From an uncultured delta proteobacterium (lineage in GTDB: Bacteria > Myxococcota_A > UBA9160 > UBA4427), in assembly GCA_963822965.1 (NCBI GenBank), contig CAWGJT010000006.1, positions 672,001-736,000 on the forward strand: DNA of 64,000 nucleotides, written 5' to 3'. Shown in pieces: positions 14,511-24,554 of this stretch. Within the stretch, counting starts at the first letter, position 1; every line of letters begins with the position of its first letter. Made by a program: the position numbers and the translations under genes. The notes below the pieces were generated by a model. It saw only the letters and a program-made list of their open reading frames with translations, ran no database searches and was not told the DNA's origin.

Positions 14511-15116
14511 CTACGAGCCGGAAAGCCGGGCGAACACGAGCAGCCGGTTGTTGGCCGGCATCTCGGCGTCTTCCCGCAGCCCGAGCCCGGCGGCGTCCGC
14601 CTCGCGCTCCAGCGCTTCGAAGTCGCGGATGGCACTCGCGGGATCGCGCTGCCCGAGCCACTCGTCGAAGCGGGCGTTGCTCGCGCTCGTGTACGCGCCG
14701 CCGTAGTTGAAGGGACCGTAGAGCAGGAACACGCCGCCCGGCTCGAGCACCCGACCCACCCCGCGCACGAAGGCCTGGACGACGGGCCAGGACATGATGT
14801 GGACCGTGTTCGCCGAGAACACCGCCGGCGCGGACTCGACCGGCCACTCGGGCGCCGCGGCGTCGAGGACCAGGGGAGGCCGGACGTTCGGCAGCCGCGT
14901 GTCCTCGATCCACGCCCGGATCCCCGCATGGTTCTGCGGCAGATCGGAGGTCTGCCAGACGAGCCCCGGGAGCGCCTCGGCGAAGAACACGGCGTGCTGA
15001 CCCGTGCCGCTGCCGATCTCGAGGACCCACGGCACGTGGGCCAGATGACGGCGGAGCACGCCGAGGATGGCGCGCTTGTTGCTTTCGCACGCAGGAGAGA
15101 AGGGCTTCCCGGTCAC
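14511..15116 (-). CDS. DUF938 family methyltransferase
   Basis: KPFSPACESNK, VLEIGSGTGQH, YGPFNYGG, MPANN. Confidence 0.9.
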   Translation of the reverse strand: MTGKPFSPACESNKRAILGVLRRHLAHVPWVLEIGSGTGQHAVFFAEALPGLVWQTSDLPQNHAGIRAWIEDTRLPNVRPPLVLDAAAPEWPVESAPAVFSANTVHIMSWPVVQAFVRGVGRVLEPGGVFLLYGPFNYGGAYTSASNARFDEWLGQRDPASAIRDFEALEREADAAGLGLREDAEMPANNRLLVFARLSGS

Positions 15117-15128
15117 ACCCCCTCCCGC

Positions 15129-15731
15129 TCAGTCGGCCAATACACGACGGGCCAGGATCGTGCGCGAGACGACGGTGGTGGCGAGCACCGCGATCCAGAG
15201 TGCCGTGAGCCAGGCGAGCTGCTCGGGGAAGAGCAGGAACAGCGTGTACGCGATGCCCGTCTCCCCTCCCTCGGCGAGGCCCGCACCGAGCCGCAGCCCG
15301 CGCTCGTCCCGCGGCGGTAGCTGCCGGCCCGCCTCCTGCATCCCGAGGGCCAGGGCGCTCGCGATGCACAGGACGTACAGGAAGATGATCCACATCCAGC
15401 GGTCGTGCAGCTCCGGGTGGACGCGATCGAGCGCGAGCACCATGGCGCTGTAGGCCGCCATGTCCAGCACGATGTCGAAGTAGGCGCCGAAGTCCGTCGC
15501 CCGCCCGGTGTGACGGGCGTAGATTCCGTCGGTGCCGTCGGCCAGCCTTCCGAGCCACCACAGGCCCACCGCCGCCAGGCGCCACTCCTCGAGCACGCTC
15601 CACGCCGCCGCCAACGAGATCGCCAGGGCCAGCACGCTGACCGCGTTGGGCGACAGCCCGCACGCGGCGTAGAGGCGCAGGAGGGGACCGGCGAAGCGCG
15701 GAAGCACCCGTCGGAACGGATTGTCGATCAC
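15129..15731 (-). CDS. CDP-alcohol phosphatidyltransferase family protein
   Basis: SPNAVS, DGTDGIYAR...FGAYFDIVLD. Confidence 0.88.
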   Translation of the reverse strand: MIDNPFRRVLPRFAGPLLRLYAACGLSPNAVSVLALAISLAAAWSVLEEWRLAAVGLWWLGRLADGTDGIYARHTGRATDFGAYFDIVLDMAAYSAMVLALDRVHPELHDRWMWIIFLYVLCIASALALGMQEAGRQLPPRDERGLRLGAGLAEGGETGIAYTLFLLFPEQLAWLTALWIAVLATTVVSRTILARRVLAD

Positions 15732-15747
15732 GCGTCGACCCGCCCGC

Positions 15748-16425
15748 TCAGCGACCGGAGAACGGCTCGCCCCAGGCGTCCCGGAACGCCATCTTCGCCA
15801 CCGGACGCCGGGAGATGGGCCCGTGCCCTCCGCGGGCCGGATAGCCGATGGGCACGAACGCGCAGGTGTACCACTCGGCCGGGATCGCGAGCAGCTCCTT
15901 CACGTCGGGCTCCGCGAAGCAGAGCAGGGTCGTCAAGGTGCAGCCGAGCCCTTCCGCCCGACACGCCAGCAGGGTGTTCTGGACGGCCGGATAGACCGAT
16001 CCGCCGCCCACCACCGACGGGCGCTCGAGGCCGGCGTCGGTGATGGCCATGATCTTCGGCTGGAAGCAGAAGACCAGGATCGTCGGCGCCTCGTGGAGGT
16101 GCTCGGCCAGGTGGTCCGCCGCCGCCATCATGCGCTCCTGCTTCGCGCGGGCCTCGCCCTCCAGGTGTGCCACCTGCCCGCGGTGGCCCTCCGCATAGCG
16201 GCGCCAGGGACCGACGTAGAGCTCCTGCAGACGGCGGCGCTTGTCGGCGTCCTGCACGACGACGACCCGCCAGGGCTGCACGTTGCCGCCGCTCGGCGCC
16301 CAGGTGGCGGCGCGCAACACCCGTTCGAGCACGTCGTCGGGAATCGGATCCTTCCGCAGTCGGCGCACGGCGCGCAGGGTGCTCATCGCCTCGTAGAGGC
16401 CGATCTCTCCGGACTTCGTCGACAT
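15748..16425 (-). CDS. Nitroreductase family protein
   Basis: TLRAVRRLR, WAPSGGNVQPW, SVYPAVQNTLLACRAEGLG. Confidence 0.9.
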   Translation of the reverse strand: MSTKSGEIGLYEAMSTLRAVRRLRKDPIPDDVLERVLRAATWAPSGGNVQPWRVVVVQDADKRRRLQELYVGPWRRYAEGHRGQVAHLEGEARAKQERMMAAADHLAEHLHEAPTILVFCFQPKIMAITDAGLERPSVVGGGSVYPAVQNTLLACRAEGLGCTLTTLLCFAEPDVKELLAIPAEWYTCAFVPIGYPARGGHGPISRRPVAKMAFRDAWGEPFSGR

Positions 16426-16478
16426 GGGGCTCCTCGCTCCTCTGGAACCGGGAGGGGTGTACGGCACCGCGCGCCTCG

Positions 16479-17630
16479 TCAGAGCATCGAGGTGTCGGTC
16501 TCGACGCCGAGAAAGAGGCGTCCGGTCAGCTCGAAGGTCGCGGGCGACACCATCATGTGCTGCGTGGCCACGTGAACGTCGCGGAAGATCCGCTGCAGGG
16601 GCGAGCGCCGGTACACGGAGGTCCCCCCGGCCAGGTGATACATCAGGTCGACTACCCGCGCGCACTCGCGAACGGCATGGGTCGTGGCGAGGCGCAGGTC
16701 GCGGCGCTGCTCCACCGGGATGCGTCCCTCGCCCACCGCGTGCTCGTAGGCGCACTGGATCGTCTCGTAGAACCAGCCGCGGCTCGAACGCAGCATCGCC
16801 TCGGCGTTCGCCACGTCCGACCAGGTGGCCGGACGCTGCGCGAGGGTGCGGCTGCTGCCGGACGGGGTCTTGGCGTCGGCCAGCGCGATCAGCTCGTCGA
16901 TGGCGGCGCGTGCGAGCCCCAGGGTCACCGCGGCGATGCCCATGGCGAGCAAGCCGAACTGGGGGAACGCGTAGAGCGGCGCCGCCAGCGGACGCCCACC
17001 CGCGAGCCCCACGGCCCGGCTCTCGGGAACGAAGAGGTCGTTCATCGCGAAGTCCGTGCTGCCCGTCCCGCACAGCCCGGAGACCTGCCACGTGTCGAAG
17101 AACTCGATCTCCCGGGCGGGAGCGAGCATCATGCGCGACCGCGGGGCTCCGTTCGGCATGGTCTCGGCGACGCCGTCGCGCACCACCTGGCAGCCGCCCA
17201 TCACCCAGTCGGCGTTCTGGGTGCCCGAGCCCCACTGCCAGCGGCCCTTCACCCGAAAGCCCCCATCCACGGCCTCGGCCCGGCCCCGGGGCGCGAAGAC
17301 GCCCGCCAGCATCACGTCGGGCCGGTGGAAGATCTCCCGGGCCGACTCGGGCGGCAGGTAGGCGAGCACGCTGCCCGAGGTCGCGCCGATGAAGACCACC
17401 CAGGCCGCCGAGCCGTCCGCACGAGCCAGGGCCTCCACGGTTCCCATGGATTCCGCGGGCGCGAGCTCGAGCCCACCGTAGGCGGCCGGCACGCACATGC
17501 GGTAGAAGCCGGCCTCGGCGAACCGCCGCGACCATTCTGCGGGCAGCCGCCGCGCCGCTTCGATCTCGTCGGCAGCGGCGCGCAGCTCCGCCGCCATGAC
17601 CTCCGCCGTCGCAATGGAATCGACACCCAC
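16479..17630 (-). CDS. Flavin-dependent monooxygenase, acyl-CoA dehydrogenase fold (HsaA/NcnH-like)
   Basis: ARADGSAAW, GRWQWGSG, DTWQVSGLCGTGS, LQRIFRDVHVATQH. Confidence 0.85.
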   Translation of the reverse strand: MGVDSIATAEVMAAELRAAADEIEAARRLPAEWSRRFAEAGFYRMCVPAAYGGLELAPAESMGTVEALARADGSAAWVVFIGATSGSVLAYLPPESAREIFHRPDVMLAGVFAPRGRAEAVDGGFRVKGRWQWGSGTQNADWVMGGCQVVRDGVAETMPNGAPRSRMMLAPAREIEFFDTWQVSGLCGTGSTDFAMNDLFVPESRAVGLAGGRPLAAPLYAFPQFGLLAMGIAAVTLGLARAAIDELIALADAKTPSGSSRTLAQRPATWSDVANAEAMLRSSRGWFYETIQCAYEHAVGEGRIPVEQRRDLRLATTHAVRECARVVDLMYHLAGGTSVYRRSPLQRIFRDVHVATQHMMVSPATFELTGRLFLGVETDTSML

Positions 17631-17926
17631 GGCTCGTCCGCTCCTCCCTGGCATCCTGAGGCGGAGGTTCGCCGGCATTCGGCCGCCCGCGCGACCCGCC
17701 GCCTGCGTTCCGCTCCCGTCACCCTAGCTCGACCATGCCTCGCTCGCGCACCTCGTCGGCCGGCCGCACGGCCGGCCTCGGTGCGAACCAGACGAGCCGC
17801 CACCGAGAGGATCCGACGCAGAACCCCTGCCTCAGGACACTAGACCATATGGAGTGACCGGCTCCATTCGCCAACATCGTGTTCATCAGAGCACGGGGCC
17901 GAGTCAGGCCCATTTTTTGCCTCTCC

Positions 17927-18625
17927 TCACGTTTCTGTGGGTGATGCGGCGTCCCGATCGCCGAAGGCCACGTCCCGGCCGCGCTTCGCGAGCTGCACGA
18001 TCCTCTGGAGGACGGTCTTCGCTTCGGCGGCCCAGTCCGAAGGAAGAGGTGGGGCCTTCGCGAGAAAGCGCGACTCGGTCGCCTCGCGGGAGCGAGCAAC
18101 GAACCACTGCGCGAAGCCACGCGGGTTCGAGTCCCGCCACAGGGTCGGCGTGTCGCGGTCGGGGATCTCGATACTTCCAGGAATCACGACGCGGACGGCC
18201 GTCCTGCTCCCCAGAACATCGGCGTGGAAGCCGTCTTCATAGAGGATTCGGACGCAGCGGCGCTTGCGCTCGAGCATCTTCGCGTACGTGCGGTGCTGCT
18301 GGAGCCGCTCGACCACGAGGTCGTAGAGCTCCATGGGCGTGCCGGCGAAGAAGGCAACCTCGATCACGAAGTCGAGATCGAATTCCGCCCAAAGCAGCGG
18401 ACGCACGGTGGTGCCGATCGCGGCCGACCCCTGCGGGTAGACGAGAATCGGCCCGTAGGCCGCGAGGGGGCAGTCGGGGTGCTCGAGCCAGGCCGCGAGA
18501 GCCCGGTACGCCGACTCCATGCGGGCGACGTGGGTGTCGGTGAGCTGGAGCGCCACGACGATCTGGGTCAGGAGGAAGTCGAGGGCGCCCACACGGGTCG
18601 ACAGGCGACGAGTCTGCAGATTCAT
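17927..18625 (-). pseudogene. cGAS/DncV-like nucleotidyltransferase (SMODS/CD-NTase), C-terminally truncated
   Basis: YPQGSAAIGTTVRP, EFDLDFV, KRRCVRILY, HADV, SNPRGFAQWF, LQRIVQLAKRGRD, then an abrupt end at about 232 aa. Confidence 0.8.
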
Positions 18626-18774
18626 GTCCAACCTATTGGAAATATTGGAGCTTTCTGCCACCCTCCCCCACGTTGTGGGGGCCAGCCATGACGCCGACAC
18701 AGATAGTGGGTGATGGTGCTGTTCTCGGCCTCTTACGAGTACGACCAGCGCAATCGGATCCGCTCCTGGACACC

Positions 18775-19886
18775 GGCCGACCCGGGCGGCATCGAGCTCG
18801 ACGCTCCCGTGGAAGCGCCTTGCCCTGGGTGGCTCGGAAGCTTCGCCGGGTCCCGTCGGCACGTCCGGGCCGACGCCTGTCGCGACGGGCTCTGGGCCGG
18901 CTGCCCCCGCTGGCTTGGCGCCAGGCATCTCCTCATCCAGCTGCAGTCGCGCTGCGGCAGGATGGACCAGCAGGCCGGAGGCTCCCTCACCTTCGAGGGC
19001 GATGTTCTGACCGGAGCGTAGACCCCGGTAGCGGGCCTCCGACTCGTCGTAGCTGTCTGCGCACGCGAAAGCGTCCTGCTCCCAGGTCAGCAGACTCACG
19101 CCGTCGCTCACCGCGCGCGAAGGAACGGACGGGCCCGTCAGCCGCGGCAGGTAGAGGTAACGCGCGAAGTCCTCCGTGAGCTGCGAGACGGGGACGTGGT
19201 CTCCGTCGCCGCGCCACAGAGGGACCTTGTCGAGCTCCATCCGCAGCACGGTGCCGGCGAGCACCGTCAGCAGACGCCCGTCGTTCTTGAGCTTCCTGGA
19301 GGTTCGCACCGCCAGCGGCTCCTGCCCGGAAAGACGGGAGGCCTGCCACTCGAGGCTCTTCTTCGGCGACTCCTGCACAGGAACCAGCAACCATTGATAG
19401 GTCTCGGGCACGCGGCCTTTGACGGCGCCGTCCGCGGAGCCCTTCTGGGTCTCGGCCTGCTTCACCTGGTGCGGCGAGAGGTCGAGCTCGTTCTTCTCCA
19501 GGAGAATCGACTCCCAGGCCAGGAATCGGCGGATGGCCTCATCGAGATCCTGTAGACGCGTCTGATCCACCGCGAGGAACACGAGCGAGTTCTGGAAGAT
19601 CCGAGGCGCGCTACCGCGGGATGCGAGGATCGCCTTTGCAGCCGCCTCCGCGGCGCAGCCCGGCTGCTTCGAGTAGGGATGCTCCGGGCCGAGGACGACG
19701 AGGCGCGCGTCCATGTCGTCCGGTACGTCCTGCCCTGAGTGCGGCAGCGCATGGACCCTCCGGAAATCTCCCATCTCCCGCAGGTCGGCGCGCAGTCGCT
19801 TCTCGAGCTCAGCCGCCAAAGCATCGGGATCTCGCTGGTACTGATCGGCACGATCCTCCGCCAGCTTCGTGACCGTGGGCTGCGTC
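18775..19886 (-). pseudogene. Internal/C-terminal fragment of a DUF499 AAA+ ATPase (defence-island associated)
   Basis: STQPTVTKLAEDRA, FLAWESI, VPLWRG, DFARYLYLPRL, RRFHGSVELDAARVGR; cut at its 5' end by the 84-bp element and at its 3' end near 18775. Confidence 0.8.
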
Positions 19887-19970
19887 GAGCATAGGGCGGA
19901 TGAGCCGGGTTTCCGCCTCAGGTCCGGGTAGGGACGTTATGTCAATCCCCCAGAGGGGCCCGGCGGCGGG
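19887..19970 (-). mobile_element. 84-bp junction element, copy 1 (oriIS-like mini element)
   Basis: Plus strand GAGCATAGGGCGGATGAGCCGGGTTTCCGCCTCAGGTCCGGGTAGGGACGTTATGTCAATCCCCCAGAGGGGCCCGGCGGCGGG; identical to copies 2 and 4. Confidence 0.9.
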
Positions 19971-20292
19971 GACTGACTGCTGCGTCACTGCCATGTGTCG
20001 GAGCATAACTCCGAATCGCCTTCTTGGAAGGATCGAAGTCCGATAGCCACCTCCGAGCCAGCGTGCTCCGGGGCGCTTCCAATCTGGGCCGCGATTACCG
20101 GGGCCGCCGGGATCCAGGGACCCCTGGCCGTAGCAACCAGGAGACGCGCCGGTCGAGCCCCACGATGTGATCCGAGATCGCGCAGGCACGGGGAGTCCGA
20201 GGTAGGCTCGCGCCCATGTGCATGCTGTGGGCCCGAGCAGGCCCACGTGCAGGGAGGTCGGATTCCGATGTTTCCAACCGCGGAGCCGGAGG

Positions 20293-20565
20293 CTACTGGC
20301 TGGCGTACTCGGAGCGTCGCGGTAGCGCAGCCAGCGTGATCAGCGCCGCCACGGCGAGCAACGCGCCGCCGGGCTCGGGGAGCGCGATCGTGGCACCCGG
20401 GTCGCGCTCGAAGTCGACGTCGAGTGCGTCGCCCGACTCGAGCGTCCCGGTGAGCGCCCCGCTCGTCGCAGCGATCGGCCCCTCGCCGGCGGGCACGCCG
20501 TCCACCGCGAAGCCCGATCCGAGGACCGTGACAATTGCGGCGTCGCGGCGCGCTGCAACCCGGTG
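20293..20565 (-). pseudogene. C-terminal fragment of a PEP-CTERM protein
   Basis: VTVLGSGFAVDG...LTGTLESGD...LPEPGGALLAVAALITLAALPRR; no matching N-terminus. Confidence 0.6.
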
Positions 20566-20800
20566 AACGCGCCGGCGATCTGTCGCTCGCCGGAAATCGA
20601 GTGAGGACCGAGCGGTAGCTCCCCCCGAGTCGACAGGGGACCGAGGAGCGAGGCATCCAGACGCAACCGGTGGCAACCCGCCTCATGAACTGCGGAGATC
20701 GATTCGCCTAGCAGCTCTCTCGCGCCCCGCGGCACACCCTGGCCCTGGCACGCCCCCTGCAGCACCTGGAAGCAGGCGAGCTGTCAGGAGGCGGGTTTCG

Positions 20801-22138
20801 ATGTAATGGCAGCGCTCGTTCGCGCTCTCGTGGGTCCTCGCGGTCCTTCTCTTGTTCTACCTCTCCGCTCACGCGCCCGAGGCAATGGCGCAGTGTGCCT
20901 CCTGCGCGTCGGCGGCATGCACCTCGGAGCTGGCAGCCTGCTTGCCGGACCCGACCTGCACGAGCTTCGCCCAGTGCTGGACGGGTACCTGCGACGACGG
21001 CGACGCAGACTGCATCGATGCCTGCGCGGCCTCCTACCCGGGAGCCCTCACAGACGCCGTGCTCGCCTGCCTCGAGACGGAGTGCAGCAACGAGTGCTAT
21101 CCGACCCCGCCCGTCGCGACGGCCTTCCGGAACGTCCTGCAGATCACCAGGAACAACGCACAGGACATTGCCCCCGCGATCTCTGGCTGGAACGTCGCAT
21201 GGGAGCAGCAAGTCGTCAGCGACGACTTGGAGATCTACCTCTGGAACGGAGCCGAGATCACGCAGCTGACCGACAACGACGTTCTCGATGAAGACCCCGA
21301 CATCGACGGATCGAAGGTCGTCTGGGCGCAGTGGGATGGCAGCGATCGCGAGATCATGCTGTGGGACGGCGTCACCATCACGCAAGTCACGGACAACACC
21401 ATCGAGGACTTCGAACCGGTGATCTCCGGCTCGAACGTGGCGTGGTATGCCTACGACGGAAGTGACCACGAGATCTATTTCTGGGACGGCGCGACGACGA
21501 CGCAAGTGACCGACAACGCGACACAGGATCGCGGGCCAGCCATCTTCGGCTCGACCGTCGTGTGGCTGAGCACGGACGGACTTGGAGCCGAAAGCGTCCA
21601 GCGCTGGGACGGCAGCCAGATTTCGGCCGTCACGACCGAGGCGGGCTTGTACCAATCCCCGAAGGTCTCCGACGCGGGCGTCGTGTGGACCGGATGCACC
21701 AAGGGCGGCGGCTCCGCCTGCACGGCCGGGGACTTCGAGATCTACTTCTGGAACGGTGTGGGCACGACCCGGATTACCGACAACAGCTTCGACGACCTGG
21801 ACCCAGCGATCGACGGCAACACGATCGTGTGTCGCGGCCCGCTGGAGATCTATGTCTGGGGTGGCTCCGTGGTCACCCAGATCACGAATACGAACATCCC
21901 CGCCAAGGGCGCGCCGGACATCTCAGGCCCGCGGGTCGTGTGGTCGGAGCCCACGCTCGGAGATTTCGAGATCTTCCTGACGCCTGGACCGGGCACGACC
22001 CCTGCTCTCTCGTTGCCGGGAACCCTCCTGGCCGGAGGGCTCGTCGGCCTCACGGGCTGGCTCGGCGCGCGCCGAACGCGTGCGCGAGGCTACGGGCGGC
22101 CGGAACGCAGAGAGGCGAAAGGCCAGCGAGTCGCGTAG
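20801..22138 (+). CDS. Secreted protein: Cys-rich N-domain, repeated beta-propeller-like units, C-terminal membrane anchor; TAA at codon 2
   Basis: AGGAGG RBS then ATG TAA in frame with a signal peptide; repeats EIYxWDG-ITQxTDN-D-P-I-GSxVVW; C-terminal PALS-TM-RR. Confidence 0.7.
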
Positions 22139-22147
22139 CCTGGGTTC

Positions 22148-22885
22148 GTGACGAGAACGGACCGCTTTTCGAGGCTGAGGGCCTCAGGCGCGTGGGCTGC
22201 CCTGGCCGCACTGACGCTCGCCCTCGCCGCCTGCGGCGATGACGGCGCGGCTCACACGCCGTCGTCCCATCACAGCGACCACATGCACCACGACTTCTCC
22301 GGCGCCGAGAAGTGGGCGGCCCGCTTCGACGACCCGGCCCGGGACGCCTGGCAGAAGCCGGATGCGGTGATCGAGCGGCTCTCGCTCGAGCCCGACATGA
22401 GCGTGGCGGACATCGGGTCCGGCACCGGCTACTTCTCGGTGCGGCTCGCCCGGGCGCTGCCGGATGGCCGGGTCTACGGGATCGACACCGAGCCCGACAT
22501 GGTCCGCTACCTGAAGGAACGGGCGGTGCGCGAAGGCCTGGCCTCGAACCTGTCGAGCCAGCTCGGCCAGGCCGACGACCCGCAGCTGCCCGAGGCCGTC
22601 GATCTCGTGCTCGTCGTGGACACGTACCACCACCTGAGCGATCGCACCGCCTACTTCCGCCGGCTCGCGAACCACCTGAACGAGGGCGGACGCGTGGCGA
22701 TCGTGGACTTCAAGCCCGGCGACTTGCCCGTCGGCCCGCCGCCCGCGGCGAAGATCGAGGCGGATACGATCATCGAGGAGTTGGAGGCCGCGGGCTATCG
22801 CCTGAAGGTCGACGATAGAGAGCTGCTCCCATACCAGGACCTCCTCGTCTTCGAACGCCCCGTCCTGCGCCACTTCGACGGCTGA
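22148..22885 (+). CDS. Class I SAM-dependent methyltransferase with lipoprotein signal
   Basis: LAAC lipobox, RDAWQKPD, VADIGSGTGYF, VDTYHH. Confidence 0.88.
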   Translation: MTRTDRFSRLRASGAWAALAALTLALAACGDDGAAHTPSSHHSDHMHHDFSGAEKWAARFDDPARDAWQKPDAVIERLSLEPDMSVADIGSGTGYFSVRLARALPDGRVYGIDTEPDMVRYLKERAVREGLASNLSSQLGQADDPQLPEAVDLVLVVDTYHHLSDRTAYFRRLANHLNEGGRVAIVDFKPGDLPVGPPPAAKIEADTIIEELEAAGYRLKVDDRELLPYQDLLVFERPVLRHFDG

Positions 22886-23015
22886 AGGCTCCTTCGACCG
22901 CGGAAGGCTCTTCGCGTCGACCGCTGAGGGCTCTTCGACCGCTGAAGGCTCTTCTCGACCGCTGAAGGCTCCTTCCACCGCTGAAAGGCTCCTTCGAAAA
23001 CGCTGAAGGCTCTTC
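22877..23015 (+). repeat. Seven imperfect tandem units (18-23 bp), consensus GACCGCTGAAGGCT(C)CTTC
   Basis: Directly visible; each unit has a GAAG(G)...(C)CTTC mini-palindrome. Confidence 0.9.
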
Positions 23016-23090
23016 GCGCGGGATCGTGTGCCCCGGATCCGCGGCCCGGGTACCCTCCCCTCCCAGGCCGCAGCTCGGCCTGCCCCGCGG

Positions 23091-24020
23091 ATGGAACCTC
23101 GAGGGGATGTCGAGGGGATCGATGCAGATGAGACGCTCTCCGGTGTCGTCGTGAGCGAGACCGACCGGTCGCTCCAGGTCGATCTCGCGGACAGCTCCAT
23201 CCGGATGACGGTCCGCATGCCGGGGCGTCGCCTGCGTCCGCACATCCCGGCACTCGAGTGCTACGACGAGGACGCCCGCCGCCCCCACGTGCGAACGCAC
23301 TCCGCGATGCCCCGCGTGGCGATGCTGATCGATCTCGGGGAGCCGCTGGCCGTCCGGGCGGCCACCGGGCACGGCGACTGGGTGCGTGCACCCGGTGGCT
23401 TCGTGGCCGGGCTCTCCGACGCTCCCGCCGCGACCCGTCACTGCGGCACGCACCGTGGCATCCAGGTGGACCTCTCCCCCCTCGCCGCGCGACGGCTCTT
23501 CGGGGTTCCGCTCTCGCAGCTGCGGGGACGGGTGGTGCCCCTGACCGATCTGCTCCCGCGTTCGTTCCGCCGTCTCTGCGCGCAGCTGGGCGAGGCACCG
23601 GACGGGCAGACGCGGCTCGATCGGCTCGAGCGCTTCCTGAGCGACGCGCTCGCGGCAGACGGACCGCAGAGCCAGCGCGTCGCCGGTGCCGTGGCGCGCA
23701 TCGAGGCCTGCGGCGGCCGGCTCGACGTCGGCGGTCTCGCCCCGTGGCTCGGCATCAGCCAGAAGCACCTGATCGCGCTGTTCCACGACCACGTCGGGGT
23801 ACCACCCAAGCTCTTCGCCCGGCTGGTGCGCCACGAACGCGCGCTCACCGCGGCACGCTCCCATCCCGAGCGGAGCTGGGCCGAGATCGCGCTGGACGCT
23901 GGCTTCTGCGACCAGTCGCACCTGACCCGCGAGGTGCGCGGCTTCACGGGGAGCACGCCGACCGCCCTGCGAGCGGACGAAGCGGCTCCCCCGGGAAGGC
24001 AGGAAGAGGCAGGCCGGTAA
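23091..24020 (+). CDS. AraC-family transcriptional regulator (start uncertain)
   Basis: LGISQKHLIALFHDHVGVPPK, WAEIALDAGFCDQSHLTREVR. Confidence 0.85.
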   Translation: MEPRGDVEGIDADETLSGVVVSETDRSLQVDLADSSIRMTVRMPGRRLRPHIPALECYDEDARRPHVRTHSAMPRVAMLIDLGEPLAVRAATGHGDWVRAPGGFVAGLSDAPAATRHCGTHRGIQVDLSPLAARRLFGVPLSQLRGRVVPLTDLLPRSFRRLCAQLGEAPDGQTRLDRLERFLSDALAADGPQSQRVAGAVARIEACGGRLDVGGLAPWLGISQKHLIALFHDHVGVPPKLFARLVRHERALTAARSHPERSWAEIALDAGFCDQSHLTREVRGFTGSTPTALRADEAAPPGRQEEAGR

Positions 24021-24062
24021 ATTCCGTCCAAGCAAGCGCGGTACCCGTCGAACTATTCTCGG

Positions 24063-24137
24063 GGCATGGATCGGCCCTTCGACTCTCGCGGCATGGATCG
24101 GCCTTTCGACTCTCGCGGCATGGATCGGCCCTTCGAC
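24063..24137 (+). repeat. 27-bp tandem repeat (about 2.8 units) covering the cupin start codon
   Basis: GGCATGGATCGGCC(C/T)TTCGACTCTCGC; encodes MDRPFDSRG repeats. Confidence 0.9.
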
Positions 24138-24554
24138 CTCGGCTCTACCTTCGTCCGGCTCGGGCAGGAGGGCACGGCCGAGCTCGTCGCCCTCACCCCG
24201 GAGTTCTGGGGCGCCAGCTGCTCGAGCGGACCCGCGGATCGCTTCGTCGGCATCGTCGCCTTCGGTTCGTCCGACGACCTCCACGCCGACTCGCTCGAGC
24301 GGCATCCCGCCGCGGACGAGCTGCTGCTGGTGCTCGAAGGCGCGATCGCGCTCGTCATCGAGACGCCCGACCACCCGCGCCGGGTCGAGCTCGCAGAGGG
24401 CGAGGCCTGCCGGGTGCCTCGTGGCCTCTGGCATCGTCTCGAAGTCATTCGCCCGGGGCGACTGCTGTTCGTGAACAGTCGCTACCGGATGGAGAGCCGC
24501 CCGCTCCGGAAGAAGGGAGGCGGGCACCCCGACGACGACGAGGAGCACGCATGA
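24066..24554 (+). CDS. Cupin domain protein
   Basis: ERHPAADELLLVLEG, VPRGLWHR. Confidence 0.8.
   Translation: MDRPFDSRGMDRPFDSRGMDRPFDLGSTFVRLGQEGTAELVALTPEFWGASCSSGPADRFVGIVAFGSSDDLHADSLERHPAADELLLVLEGAIALVIETPDHPRRVELAEGEACRVPRGLWHRLEVIRPGRLLFVNSRYRMESRPLRKKGGGHPDDDEEHA

Noticed and set aside
17927..19886. Intact CBASS or DUF499 defence system
   Set aside because: Both genes are truncated and partner genes are absent.
19887..19970. 84-bp element as a group II intron domain V/VI, attC site or CRISPR repeat
   Set aside because: GAGCCGG...GTCCGG lacks the DV GNRA stem, and the DVI-like CCCTACCCGGAC is on the other strand; no RYYYAAC/GTTRRRY cores; too long and too widely spaced for CRISPR.
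19887..19970. Element as a peptide-coding module (28 open codons, [28 protein letters not shown])
   Set aside because: Its terminal ATG is in frame with the downstream gene in only one of four full copies; open frames are common at this GC content.
22877..23015. Possible CRISPR array
   Set aside because: Units abut with 0-5 nt joins, there are no unique spacers and no cas genes.
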